Source of the DNA: Eledone cirrhosa
Lineage: Eukaryota
Direction: 5' to 3'
DNA length: 64,000 bases
Assembly: GCA_964016885.1 (NCBI GenBank)
Contig: OZ024747.1
Coordinates: forward strand, 34,100,001 to 34,164,000
Shown here piece after piece: positions 13,886 to 26,783 of the stretch. Positions within the stretch are counted from its first letter, which is position 1. The number at the start of each line of letters is the position of its first letter. Below the pieces are notes generated by a model, which had not been told where the DNA came from, did no database searches, and was given only the letters and a program-made list of their open reading frames with translations. The translations under genes and the position numbers were made by a program.

Positions 13886-14394
13886 TACAATGATCCAGAA
13901 ATTGTCTGGAAATGTCTGTGGTACAACAAATGAACTACTTGATGAAGTATTTCCAAATGTTGCCTCAAGTTATATTAAACAATCATGGCTGTTTGAGGGA
14001 GCTAGTTTAGCGCCAAAATGTGATTTAGAAATAGAGAGAGCGAAAGAGAGAGAGAGAGAGCGAGAGAGACGCTGTGTTTGATACGGTATGTATATGTGTC
14101 AGTGTAGATACATGTCTGTGTGATGTATGTGCAAATAAGAAAGGAATACAATAACTATTAACATGTGTGCGTGTGTATGTGTGTGTGTGTGTGTGTGCGG
14201 CGTTCAACAGAAAGTAAAAACTATCAACATGTATGAGTGTGTGCATGTCTGTGTACGTGCACGCGTGTGTATGTGTGCGCGTGTTTTCGAGCGTGCGGTG
14301 TTCCACAATCCCCCTTTATTTCAATTACTCTTGTGAAGATATTCACGTAACTTTCACCCTTTTTCATTTAATCTCCATTTTAAATTTCAAAGAG

Positions 14395-17300
14395 GTGTCT
14401 AAGAAAAATGTGTTCACTCTCTACAAAAGGAGACGTGATAGATGTAGATGATCAGTATTCTACACTGAAGGAAAGACGAGTAAAGCTAGCCAGAGCAAGG
14501 TCACTAGAGTCCCAGTACAATGACAACAAAGACATGAAAACAATCGTAGGGGAGCTGCTGCACGCAGGGACAGTGAGTCACAAGAAGCAAGGGAAAAATT
14601 GTAAGAACAATTACGTTAACAAAATACAATCCACAGAAGCCAAGAGTCAAGAAAGAAGTGATAAAAACGTTTTAAGGATGCAAGACAAAGACAAGTTGCT
14701 AGAGTTACCAATGGGACAATAGGTCAGCGAAAGATTAGACAAAGAAAAATCCAGGAATAAACAGTTGCTACAAGACTTTTCCGATCCTCAGAGGAGAGAC
14801 GTAAGCGTCTTGATCAAGATAGGTAGAATACGTTTAACAAAAGAGTTGCATCTTTCAAGGGGACTTGGAAAAGATCAGCTTTCAACTGTGATCCAAAACA
14901 TGATTATTCTACAGAGATTGATATTGGAGCAATGTCAAAAGAATGCAATTTTTGTTAAGGAAAGAAATGGGAAAGAGAAACCACCACTATGTGTTATGGT
15001 GGAGGAATGGTTGTTTTACCGACGTTTGGTACACCTCCAGATACTTTGAAGGTATTGCTTTTGGGAATCACGGAGCATGCACTTCTTGAAAAACATTAGG
15101 AATTATAATTCTGCTTTCCAAATGACCTCTTTTGGTATCAATATTATAAGAGAAGGGAACATGAAGCCAACTTTTAAAGTTCAAGGTCAAGTATGCCATC
15201 GTATTAGATCTTTGTTGCCAACTGAAGGCAAACATCCCCAGTTTTTACAGCTATATTTTGTGGCAAATTACAAGGAGAAGTTTTTGCAACGGTCATTTAA
15301 CCTTCCAAATTTGATAGAAGAGTTAATCTTTGATCTGCAAGATATGTTGCATGCAAACACTAGCTACATCAGAAGCTTTAAGTACACATTAGAATCTGCA
15401 CCACTCACTGAATATAAGATACTTATTGATGCAGTCAAAAAGCCTGTCGTTGAACTCAGAGTGTGCTGCAATTCCCTTGCCATAAATGAAGTAGCAGCAA
15501 TTATTACAGGCGAAGAGTATGGAAAGAGATATATTATCATTCAAGGAAGAGGAAATAAGAAACAGCGGATAAATGCAACCGATCATATGATGCACTCCAG
15601 TATCCATTAATCTGTGTATTTGGCCAAGATGGATATCACTTTGCAATTAAAAAGAAACAGATCTTAAAAGAAAAGTTCCTGCACTGACAAAAACAGTAAG
15701 CTGCACGGTATTCTATGATTACCGTTTCATATTAGGAGAGCAAGACTTCAATATTCCTCATCGTTCCACTGAGCTCTTCCACCAATATGCAGTTGGTATG
15801 TATGCAAAATTGAACGAGAAAGGCTTCTTTACATTAGAACACACCAGAAAGATCTCCGTGCATCAGACTACATTCACCGGAGAGATTCAATCAGAAATGA
15901 AGGAACATTGGCTTCTGAGAACATTGGACATCTTTGTGTTACTCTTCAATCAAGCTTTACAGGAAGTCCACGGTATATGCATGAGCGTACCCAAGATGCA
16001 CTTACATATGAGACACTATGGTCGTCCATACCTCTTCATTACATTCACATGTAACCCAACATGGCATAAAATAATGAGTGACATTTATCGACAGAAAGAA
16101 CCCAAAGATTGCCATGACATTATTGCTAGGATGTTCAGACTTAAAGTTATAAAGTTGATGGATCTTCTAAAGAAATGGTGAAGTCTTTGAACCAGTCAAA
16201 TGTGACATGCACACGATTGAATGGTAAAAACGGAGATTCCCACATGCCCACATTTTGATTTGGTCACTTGAAAAACTTAAGCCAAATGATATTGATTTAT
16301 TTATCTCAGTTGAACTGCCTGATCCACTGCAAGATACTTTGCTGCATGAAATTGTTAAGTCCCAGATGATTCATGGTCCCTGTGGTTCAATTAATCCCCC
16401 CCCCCATGTATGAGGGATAATAAGTGTACCAAGAACTACCTACGTCCCTCTGTACAAGAAACCTAAACTGGAGAAGGTGACTACCCCCTTTTACAGGAGA
16501 GGAAAACCTGGGCATGGTGGATTCCCCTCGAAAAAAAATGAGAAATGGGCAGGAATTCATCATTGACAATCGGTGGATTGTACCCTACTGTCCTCTTCTT
16601 ACAACAATTTCAAAGTCCATATCAATGTTGAATTCTATAACTCTGTTAAGTCTATTAAGTATGTTTGCAAATATATAAACAATGGTTTAGATAATGCAAC
16701 ATACATTCCTATGCAGAATGGCAGTTAGCAGATAAATAAAAATGACAAAGTTGCACAGTATGAGAGAGGAAGATACATCAGTAGCAATGAGGCTTTTTGC
16801 CCATCTTCGATTATCCCATTAATGAGAGGCACCCAGCCATCATTAATTTGAGTGTCCACCTAGAGAATGGCCAAAGGGTTATCTTTTCAAAACAAACAGC
16901 CTTGCAACTAGCACTTTCTCTAAAAGAAACTACACTAACTGACTTTTTTAAGTTGCGTCAAGAAGATGAAGATGCAAGAAAACTCCTTTACCTAGAATTA
17001 TCCAAGTATTACACCCGCAGAAACAATACATGTCACGAGAGGAAACGTGGTGATGATGCTCTTGCAAGAGTTTACAGTGTCCACCCAAGCCAAGCAGAAT
17101 GCTAGTAATTACGGCTCCTCTTGCATGAAGTACTAGGTCCCAAATCATTCCAAGTTTTGAGGAGGGTAAATTGTCATGTGTGTGAAACTTATAGGGAAGT
17201 TTACTATCAAAAAGGTGTTTTTAGAAAATGATGATCATTGGGACCTTGCATTGACTGAAGCATCAGTGTAAGATTCTCCAAGGAAACCCCGTAACCTTTT

Positions 17301-19151
17301 TGCAATTATACTGAAAATGTGTCAGCTTGGCAGTCCACTACAGCTTTGGATGAAACATCGTGAGAACCTGGCTGGGGACTTAAAGTATGCAGTTCAACAG
17401 GCAAATCCAGATATCATTATTCAGTTCTCTGAAAACATTTTAAACCAAGAACTGATTTAAATTGAGGATCAAGTCTTGACAAAGGGAGGCAACAATTTGC
17501 AAGACTCTGGTTCTTGACTGCCAAAAACAAACCGTCAAATTAGTGGTTTAACGTCAAGAGACATAACAAGAGGGAGAAATTATGACATCACATATTTGGC
17601 TGTATTTGTGAATGAACATGAACCTAAACTTCTTCCAGAACAACGCTGTGCATATGATAAAATTATTTCGTAAGTCAGAGAAAAAATTGGAGGAATTTTC
17701 TTTCTTGATGCTCCTGGCGACACAGGTAAAACTTTTGTAACAACATTGCTTCTTTCCAAGGTAAGGCAACAAAAAAGAATTACAGTTGCTGTAACATCGT
17801 CTGGCATTGCCCTCACTCTTCTCCCAGGAGGACAAACAGCTCATTCTGCTTTTAAATTAAGGCTAAACCTGGTTCGCTCCCCTTCACAATCTTATACCTC
17901 TTTCTTTCTCCCCTACTCCTTTTTTCTATATTTCCCTATTCTTTCTTTCCTTTTGTTCCCCCTTCTTTTTTATTATTTCTCTATTGTAAATAAACATGTT
18001 AATTTGTAAAATATGCAAAGTTTCATGTTCAGCAGAAGTGTTTTGCCAATGCATCTGATCATTTGGGATGAATGCACTATGTCACATAGAGGTGCATTGG
18101 AAGCTTACAGGTAATAAGAGACAACAATAAGTCTATGGGAGGAGTTATATTAGTTTTATCAGAAGACTTCAGACAGATATTACCAGTCATTCTGAGAGGA
18201 ACAAGAGCTGATGAATAAAAGCATGCGATAAGTCTTCTCGCCTAAATAAAGTAGAGAAATTCTCCTTCAATTTCTAACACGCGAGCTTTATTACATGGGG
18301 CCCAATACGAAGAAGAGTTTTCAACACGCCTCCTCTAATTAGGAACTGGGAAAGTACCAATTGATGGGTATGGTTATATCAATTTGGCTCATATTTCTAT
18401 CATGGTGAATTCCCCAGCGCAATTGAAGAACAGAGTGTTTCCAGACTTAAGTAATAATTATAATTCACATAAATATTTGTTTCTACTTTAGACACAAGGC
18501 CAGCAATTAACCAGTTCATTACTGGTACTTTATTTTATCGACCCCGTAAGGATGAAAGGCAAAGTCAACCTCGGCGGGATTTGAACTCAGATCGTAAAGG
18601 GACGTAACTATGCTGGAAAGCATGGCGTCCGACCCTCTACCGATACTGCCAAATAAATATTAACCATGAATTAGTGAATAAGATTCCAAATCAGTTGATT
18701 CAGTCCTTGATGAAGATCAAGCTGTCCAATAACAGAGTTCCTTAATTCTCTTGAGCCACTCGGAACTCTCCCACATAAACATTTTATAAAGGTAAGAGTC
18801 CCAATAATGCTTCTAAAAAATTTAGATACTCCTAAATTATGCAATAGGACGAGTTTGATTGTGAAGATATTATCATCTAATGTGATAGAAGCTACCATCA
18901 TCACTGGATGTGCCTCTCGGAAAGATGTTTTCATTCCAAGAATTCCAGTCAAACCACCAGACATGCCATTTGAGTTCAAACGAACACAATTTCCTGTGCG
19001 ACTTTGCTTCGCAATGTCTATTAATAAAGCTCAAGGTCAGACTTTGAAATCTACTGGCTTGCATTTAATTGTGTCTTATTTTTATCATGTTCAACTTTAT
19101 GTTGCTTGCTCCAGTGTGGGTAGTTTACAAGGCTTATACTTCCCAAAGTGA
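14395..19151 (+). pseudogene. Helitron 3 RepHel remnant
   Basis: FLKNIRNYNSAFQMTSFG, YGRPYLFITFTCNPTW, FPHAHILIW, KYVCKYIN, FFLDAPGDTGKTF, IIWDEC, FAMSINKAQGQ; many stops; preceded by a (GT)n-rich 5' region at about 14030-14300. Confidence 0.9.
18478..18652 (-). mobile_element. tRNA-derived SINE inside Helitron 3
   Basis: Reverse complement of the SINE at 9818; TSD ataaatatt at 18469-18477 and 18653-18661. Confidence 0.92.
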
Positions 19152-19349
19152 CAATGAAATATTTGCAGCAATACAAGAACTTGTTTTATTTTATGATTTA
19201 GTCGGAGGCGGAAGCTTGCACACATGAAATATTCGAGGGCCTAGGTGGCAAGTTAGAAGAGATAGCACGTGTGCCTTTTCTATTTGAGGGCTAAGAACGA
19301 CTAAGGCACGGGCGAGAATGTTAAATGGGGCTATGGATTAAGTGTTATG

Positions 19350-19552
19350 TCAACAAGGTTAACTCATGAGTGTCCCCTCCAAAGGGCTCCCACACAACTC
19401 CCGCGTATCAGATTCTATTTATGAGGGATTGTTCGACCCGAGGCAATAGTATAAATCACCCGCTCAAGCTACCGCATAGTGAGATTACGAAGTTACAAAA
19501 CCATGACCACATTGATTTGAATATTTTATAACTTAAACACTCAATCCCCAGC
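19350..19552 (-). mobile_element. Old, diverged second SINE family (CORE-like)
   Basis: aagggctcccacaca..gttcgacccgaggcaatagtataaatcacccgctcaagctaccgcatagtgagatt resembles the reverse strand of cephalopod tRNA/CORE SINEs as I recall them; heavily decayed. Confidence 0.4.
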
Positions 19553-19895
19553 ATTTGTGAGAATAAAAAAAAATATTTTATTGTTTGCTTGTTTACTCAC
19601 GCAGTGTCTCTTATAGCCTTAGTTTTATTTAGAATTTCCTTTTTCAAGCCTTCCCTATTTCCTTCTCAGTCTCTTTCCCTATTTCATCACGCTCTTTCTC
19701 CCCTACTCTCTATCTTCCTATTTAACACGGTCTTTCTCTCCTTCTCCTCTCCTCTCTTAACACATTATATCTCATTTCCTACAACAAACAAACAGTCATT
19801 TTTGAAATATAATTTCATGAACGGTGAAACCTTCAATGGCGCCATACTGGCAATTTTCCAACAACAGCATTGATATTGTCCTCGGGCAGTTTTTG

Positions 19896-20062
<167 letters not shown>

Positions 20063-20716
20063 AAACGGACACCTCTCCTTCTTTCTCTTTCACTCTCTTT
20101 CCATGTATATATATATACACAGATACCTATATTTGGATCTGTCTCTCTGTGAAGTGTGAATAGATACATGTATGTACGTATATGCGCACGTATTTATTAG
20201 ACCTAAAAGATGATAAATGAAGATATTTTTCCCTCCTATTTTTTCTTTGGAGAATTTCCAAGTATTTAATGTCTTTAAACTATTGCCAATGCATTCTCTC
20301 TATTCCACCCATTCTTCCATCTATCGCAATTCAAGACATTTGGCTAGTTAAGGTTTTGACACAGTTCACAATCTGCTTGTGCATGCTATTTTTCTCAAAT
20401 GCCCCAGACACACTTCTACGCAGTATTAAGCGTTTATTTACGATTTAATTCTGTGCTTTCTATTATTTACCTTTGTTATTTCATACACAGATGTTTGAAT
20501 GTTATATTCGTAAACTAGGCGTCGTTTCTATGAACAGAAATGCAGTGCAAGACACATTTAAATGAAGAGGTGAAACACAATTTAAATGATATTATTACTC
20601 TCTATTTGCCTTGAGATACAGGTGGCATAGTGAAACATGTTTATTGAATATTATATACATGAAGTAAAACTCAATATCAAAAATTAAAATTAAGATTTAC
20701 TGTGGTTACACATAAT

Positions 20717-20825
20717 TGTTTCTACTTTAGGCACAAAGCCAGCAATTACCCAGTTCATTACTGGTACTTTATTTTATCGACCTCGTAAGGATGAAAGGCA
20801 AAGTCAACCGCGGCGGGATTTGAAC
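20717..20825 (-). mobile_element. 5'-truncated SINE with 20-bp TSD
   Basis: Perfect TSD ttactgtggttacacataat at 20697-20716 and 20826-20845; truncated at the B-box. Confidence 0.92.
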
Positions 20826-21041
20826 TTACTGTGGTTACACATAATGATAGGATACAATATTTACAAATAACACTAAAAATGTGAAATATATGGAAGTAGG
20901 CTAAATGTTTACAACCAATGGCCATAGATATGATACATCCAACAACGTATACACCTGCAGAAATACATATCTGAAATTCACATATCTTATGTGTCTCTTT
21001 CTCTTTCTGTCCCTCTGTATACACACATACACAGACACACA

Positions 21042-21131
<90 letters not shown>

Positions 21132-21151
21132 TATTAAAGTGTTCGTATATG

Positions 21152-21194
<43 letters not shown>

Positions 21195-21699
21195 GAAAGG
21201 TATAGAAAGCAAAAGCCAACAGTATTCCAATATATATATATATATATTCCAATATATATATAGAGAGAGAGAAAAAGAGAGAGAAAGAGAATGATAGACT
21301 GTGGGATTGGTTTGAATGTAATCTACTCTGATAATGCCTTTAGGAAATTTATCTAAATGACAAGTTCTGACACCTACCCATCTCCCTGAAGTCAAACAGT
21401 TCGATTACTTGTTACTTCTGACTGGGGAAATTCAACCAATTAGTTTCATTAATTACACTAGGGCAATATGTTAAATAATACATTACGCATAGATGCACAC
21501 ACATACGCACGAACACATGCACCCTCCACCTGAAATTTCTCTTTCTGGCAGGAGGTCTAAACTTATCTCTTATACACCTCTCTCTTTATGTCTAGCTCTC
21601 TATCATACTCTATCATACTCTGCTCTGTAAGAGCATAGCGTGCTCAACCGGCATACCGCCTATGGAAGCATCTTAGCTATCACCAGAGACACACACACA

Positions 21700-21740
<41 letters not shown>

Positions 21741-22639
21741 ATAATAAATATATATATATACATATACTGTGTATATATATCTTACACGACCAATCATTCT
21801 CTCCTCTTCCTACATATCCCGTCATTCATTCACTCTCCCTTCATTTTCTCCCTTTCTTACCTACCCAATAACTCTTTTCCTCCCTTAACTACCCCATTAT
21901 TCTCTCTTTCTCTCTCTAACCTACCTCATAACTCACTCTCTCACTCTCTCTCTCTCACCCTCTCTGACCTACACAGTCGCTCTCATACACACGATCACCT
22001 ATACCTGTATATAAGTAACATTCCTTGTGAAATTATATTCTCTACATTTGTTATCGTGTCGGTGGTTGTAGTTTCTTCAAACCACTGCTAATAAAACATA
22101 TTTACGATTAAATTCATTTCAGCTATCTGAATTTCATACCTTCTACAGTCGTTCGATCTAGGTGCAACTACAATACAGTAAGGTCTGCGGGACTGCGTAC
22201 GGTTTATTTCTTTTAATCCAGTTAGTAATTGACTTCTTTTCAAAATTTCATTCACATTTCTACACTTCCTGTACATCATCGCCACCACCACCACTTCAAC
22301 TACCATATATATAGAAAGAGAGAGTGTGTAAAGAGAAAGATAGAGAGATTATGATTTTCTACACGCTGACGCGTATCAGTGTGCACACACATACATATAT
22401 ATATATGACTATATAACTATAATCGCGCAAACACGAATTTATAAAAGTGTACGGTCACGGACATTCACGAAAATACACATACATTCACACATACTTTCAC
22501 ACAAACATACATACATTCACACATATACATTTACACAAACTCACACATACAGTCATGATAGCGTCCGGTGAAATGGGAGAGTAAAACAAGTATAACGTTT
22601 TATTTACTTATTAACTCTTTTTTTAAACTCATTTAATAT

Positions 22640-22805
22640 AAGGCCAGCAATGATTCCAGTGTATTACTGGTACTTTATTTTATCAACCCCGTAAGGATGA
22701 AAGGCAAAGTCAACCTCGGTGGGATTTGAACTCAGATCGTAAAGGGCCGTACCTCTATGCTGCAAAGCCTAAACCTAACCTTAACCATCTACCGATACTG
22801 CCAAT
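22640..22805 (-). mobile_element. tRNA-derived SINE with a telomere-like patch
   Basis: SINE consensus on the minus strand; 22768-22786 is replaced by cctaaacctaaccttaacc. Confidence 0.85.
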
Positions 22806-22961
22806 TCATTATAATATATACAAAGGAAAGGGAAAGGGGAAATTACACAACTACGTACACATCTTAGACCCCATAGAACAAAAAGTAGACAAAAGAGTGG
22901 AAAAACGAGCCGCTACCAGAGCAAAAGATAGCAATATAGCGAGAAGCACAGGGAAACGTCT

Positions 22962-23400
22962 CTAATAATTTTGGACGCAGGCCAGCACGCTCGCAGCGTT
23001 AGCTGGGGTGATGGCGACGCTGAGGTGTTGGAACAACCAAGTGCCTTCACGAGCATCACCAGTTACCTCTGCTTGGCGAGCCGCCAGTGAATATAAGAAT
23101 CTCGCTGTCAGTAGCCCGTCTCCTCCAAACGTCTCGAACGCCACAGGCTGGATCATGGATTTAGCTGACAAAACACGATATTTTAGGATTTTGTTCCGTT
23201 CAGCTGCGTATGCTGTAGCTCTCGCCCTTACCGCTGCATCCAAGATGTGGGAAGATGCAAAATAGTCACTAACTGTGACGTCCCAGGTAAGGCACCTGCC
23301 TCTTGACCAGGAGTACAGAGTAAGACCGTCAAGTCTTTTCCCTTCAATTCTGGACAACCCAGAATATTCCAAAATTGAGGGGATGTTTTCCCGGGTCAAA
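22962..23400 (-). mobile_element. 3' fragment of a second CRE-type element (RLE endonuclease domain)
   Basis: EGKRLDGLTLYSWSRGRCLTWDVTV..AAERNKILKY..PVAFETFG..QHLSVAI..NAASVL is a PD..D-type restriction-like endonuclease of CRE elements. Confidence 0.82.
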
Positions 23401-23609
23401 TCTCTTGAGTGGTAATAGAACAGTGTGTGTATGTGCATGCGCGAGTTTGTTGGTGTGCTTAAATTAGAGATATCTGTGTGTGTGTCACTGTTTTTAAGTT
23501 ACACATATATATGTGTGTCGCTTTCCTTCCTTTTACACACACATACATTCACACAAACACACAGACACATTGCGCGATGGACGGGTGGACAGAAGTCCCT
23601 CAAATTTAT

Positions 23610-24160
23610 ATACATGTGAATGGAGTTCAAGTATCTTGGAGCCGTGTTCATAGGTGATGGAATACAGGAGGCTGAATTAGGTCCAAGAATTGCAAACGCT
23701 GATGCAGTAATGCACTAGCCTCAGCATTCAGCAATCAGTTAAAGGGGGGTAGGTGTAACAGCCAAACTCGCTCTCTTCATGGTATTCCTGCCAACTCTTA
23801 CCAAGGATCATGAATCTTGAGTAATGACAAAAAGAATACAATTGCAAATACAAGTGGTAGAAATGGGATTCCTTCGAAGGGTCTTTGGAGTAACGTTACT
23901 TGATAAAGTGTATAGCTCAGAGACCAGAGAGTCACTCCTGGTAGAGCCGCTACTTCTCCGAATTGAGAGATCATAACTCCGATATTATGAGCATGTGGTT
24001 AGAATGTCTTAGTAAATAATCCATGAGCTTGGCTGGTCACGCTTTGGCATCCAGCTGGATCAGTTAGAGATGTTTGCTTCTGACAGACTCGCTGGAAGGA
24101 GTGTTTGAGAAGGACTCTGCCCTCACGACCCTCTCAAAAATAAATGGGTGAAGAAGAAGA
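23610..24160 (+). mobile_element. RTE-clade LINE 3' fragment (Rex3/Expander-like)
   Basis: Translates as EFKYLGAVF.GDG..EAEL..RIA.A.AVM, HES*VMT..I..QIQ..EMGFLRRV.GVTLLDKV.SS..RESL.VEPLLLRIERS; ends in (GAA)n. Confidence 0.78.
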
Positions 24161-24240
24161 TATTGTCAATTTACTTTTCAATTTACATATATCTATATGC
24201 ATATATGTTTGCGTATAATACCAATATGCACACAATATAT

Positions 24241-24280
24241 GCTAGCAAAAGACCGCCTGAATGGCGGTTTTTCAGCTAGT
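24241..24280 (+). other. Helitron-like 3' terminus (hairpin plus CTAGT)
   Basis: gaccgcc-tgaat-ggcggtt hairpin followed closely by CTAG|T. Confidence 0.5.
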
Positions 24281-24901
24281 ATTATATAATGCTTCTCTCA
24301 TTTCTGTTAGACAGAGTAATATCTATTTTGCAGCGTTTGTTCGATTTGGCTGCTATTTCTAGCTGATCGATTATCCACATCTCGGTTCAAACATAGCCTC
24401 ATGAGATATTGACATATTGATTGTGGAGAGATCAGAGAAAAGAACTTAAGTGGTAACGTTGATGGAGCTCTAATTTACCAGTTTCCTGTACATCCCCTGA
24501 GATTTCAAAATGATACCGAGTTCTTTGTACCGTACTCAGTCGAAAAATCGTTTCATGCCGATGATTAGGAGTGATACTTCCTTCCGGATCTATGTTCGAT
24601 AATTTTACCATGTCTACGAAGGGATAGCAAGATGTTCCGCTAAGTTAGGTTTGGTTCGAAGCCAAATAGGTTTCTGTTACTAGAAACTGCACGCAGGCAT
24701 CGCCGTCATATGTGTATACACAAATGCATATTTATGGCACACACCCACACATACAAATATATATATATAGTTAGGGAAGCAGAAAATTGCATATTGTGAT
24801 CCAGTTCGTGGTTAAGAAAGCCAGTTTCATGGATGGTTACAATGTACGGTTAGGGGTAACTCCACAAGTTTGTAAGAATTCCGTTCAATCTTGGAGTATA
24901 A

Positions 24902-25214
24902 AGTATAAAAGAGAAAACACAGGTAAGCATTAAGAGAAGGATTTTATCCAGTAATTTACGACAGTTTCATTGGTAAGTGCAACCTTATATTGCTATACTG
25001 CAAATAGCAGCCACTCAATTATAATTGTTGTTCACGTCCAAATTTTCAAAATAGTGAGTGACTCACTATTTTGAAAATTTGGACATGAACAACTATTATA
25101 ATTGAGTGGCTGCTATTTGCAGTATAGCAATATAAGGTTTCACTTACCAATGAAACGGTCGTAAATACATGGATAAAATACTTCTCTTAATGCTTACCTG
25201 TGTTTTCTATTTTA

Positions 25215-25218
<4 letters not shown>
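24902..25218. repeat. Long near-perfect palindrome (arms about 158 bp, 1-nt loop at 25060)
   Basis: ..caaaatagtgagt g actcactattttg..; the arms extend to agtataaaa / ttttatact with few mismatches. Confidence 0.92.
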
Positions 25219-25250
<32 letters not shown>

Positions 25251-25336
25251 GTAGGTCCCGGGTTGAGTCGGGGATAACCACATTAAGTAAGGTACTCAAT
25301 ACATGGCAGAGTAACAATTTTATTTTATAGTAGGAG

Positions 25337-25383
25337 CTTCTACAGGACTAGTACTGTTTCATTCAGATGAAATCTTCAGGAAG
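25337..25383 (-). ncRNA. Type I hammerhead ribozyme
   Basis: Minus strand: cuuc CUGAAGA u-uuc aucu gaa-u GAAA cag uacuaguc cug UA gaag; stems I and III pair perfectly, GUA cleavage triplet. Confidence 0.8.
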
Positions 25384-25447
25384 AAATATATTTCGTTTCT
25401 GAATTTGTTTTGCAAGATTCTTTATCTGAAATCGTGTGTTGAAACCG

Positions 25448-25752
25448 ATATTGTTATACTTTGGGAGGGTCATGTTGCCACACACACAGAAACAAAATGG
25501 CGTAGGACAGAACAAAGGAGAGGCACAGAAACAAAGAAAGGAATCCCCAGTCACTGAAGAGGTAACAGAGTGTGTGACGAAAGAACTATGACAATATATA
25601 AAAAAATATCTGGTTGTGGAACCAACCACACAACCAGAAATTTATAAATTTATAAATTTATTATAAATTTATTATAAATTTATTATAATAAATTGAAGTG
25701 AAAGCAACTGGTGCGTGTGTTTCTTATTGGCAACATGACCCTCCCAAAGTAT

Positions 25753-25760
<8 letters not shown>
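25448..25760. repeat. 33-bp perfect inverted repeats enclosing a hammerhead motif
   Basis: atattgttatactttgggagggtcatgttgcca at 25448-25480 and its reverse complement at 25728-25760. Confidence 0.85.
25550..25592 (+). ncRNA. Minimal type I hammerhead ribozyme
   Basis: guca CUGAAGA g guaac agagugu gugac GAAA g aa c UA ugac; stem I 4 bp, very short stem III, CUA triplet. Confidence 0.65.
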
Positions 25761-25826
<66 letters not shown>

Positions 25827-26055
25827 GTATACATATATATTTATATATATACATACATATGTATATATGCATATATATATATAATTCAATATAATAAAGA
25901 GAGTTAAACACAGATATATACATATCCGTACTCAAATTATAAGGGACCAGATTCACTTGTGTGAATGATATTCTAACTATAAACAATACGGTTTTCAGGC
26001 TCAATTATAAGAATAAATTAAGAAAAAATACAAACCGATTGTGAAAACTATCAAA

Positions 26056-26130
26056 CATCCAGACAGTCTTTGGTAAAACTGTTTCCCATTAAGTGAGGGA
26101 ATTACCAATTCGTTTGCCCTTCAGTGGATG
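26056..26130 (-). ncRNA. Type I hammerhead ribozyme (A9G variant)
   Basis: Minus strand: caucca CUGAAGG ..32 nt.. GAAA cagu uuuaccaaag acug UC uggaug; 6-bp stem I, stem III of 4 bp or more, GUC triplet. Confidence 0.65.
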
Positions 26131-26410
26131 TAAAGAATTAGTGGACCCTTCACTTCTAGGTTTCTTAGAAGACTAAATGAAACTCGCGTTTAGAATAACG
26201 CACGTGGCATTCACAACCTAACGTGTCTCGCAAAACGTATACTGCTAAAAATAGCAGCCTGGTTCACACGACAATTATCAAGCTCTACAAAATTCAAAGA
26301 GCCGTATTTATCAAAAGTATATATTGAATTAGAACCTCAGAATAGTCCCTTACAATTAAAATAGCTCAAGGAAAAAATTTTCCGAGCTGTGTAATATAAT
26401 TCAATATAAT

Positions 26411-26783
26411 AATTGTTTCAACTTTTGGCACAAGGCCAGCAATTATTTCAGTAAATTACTGGTACTTTATTTTATCGACGCCGTAAGGATGAAAGGCAAA
26501 GATAACTTTGGTTAGATTTGAACTCAGACCATAATGGGGCATAACTCTATGCTGGAAAGCATGCTGTCCGACCCTCTACGATAGTGCCAATTCTAACAAA
26601 ATTGTTTCTACTTTTGGCACAAGGTCAGCAATTACCCAGTACGTTACTGGTACTTTATTTTATTTGACACCGTAAGGATGAAAGGCAAAGTTAACCTCGG
26701 CGGGATTTGAACTCAGCATGACAAGGGCCGTAACTCTATGAGTCAAAGCATGGTGTCCGCCCCTCTACCGATATTGCCAATCC
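26411..26783 (-). mobile_element. Two tandem full-length SINE copies
   Basis: SINE consensus twice: about 26411-26591 and 26600-26783. Confidence 0.9.

Larger units (their letters stand above)
8671..14025 (+). pseudogene. Helitron 2 RepHel remnant, interrupted by a SINE and a CRE element
   Basis: MKLKHRSSIG N-terminus, FQMTSSG..TFKIQGQCYHLIG, WQKRGLPH, KYVCKY, APGGTGKT, IVWDES, DLRQILPV. Resumes after the CRE insert at 13887 (ELLDEVFPNVASSY..WLFEGASLAPK). A large internal deletion near 9320 removes Rep motif 1. Confidence 0.88.
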
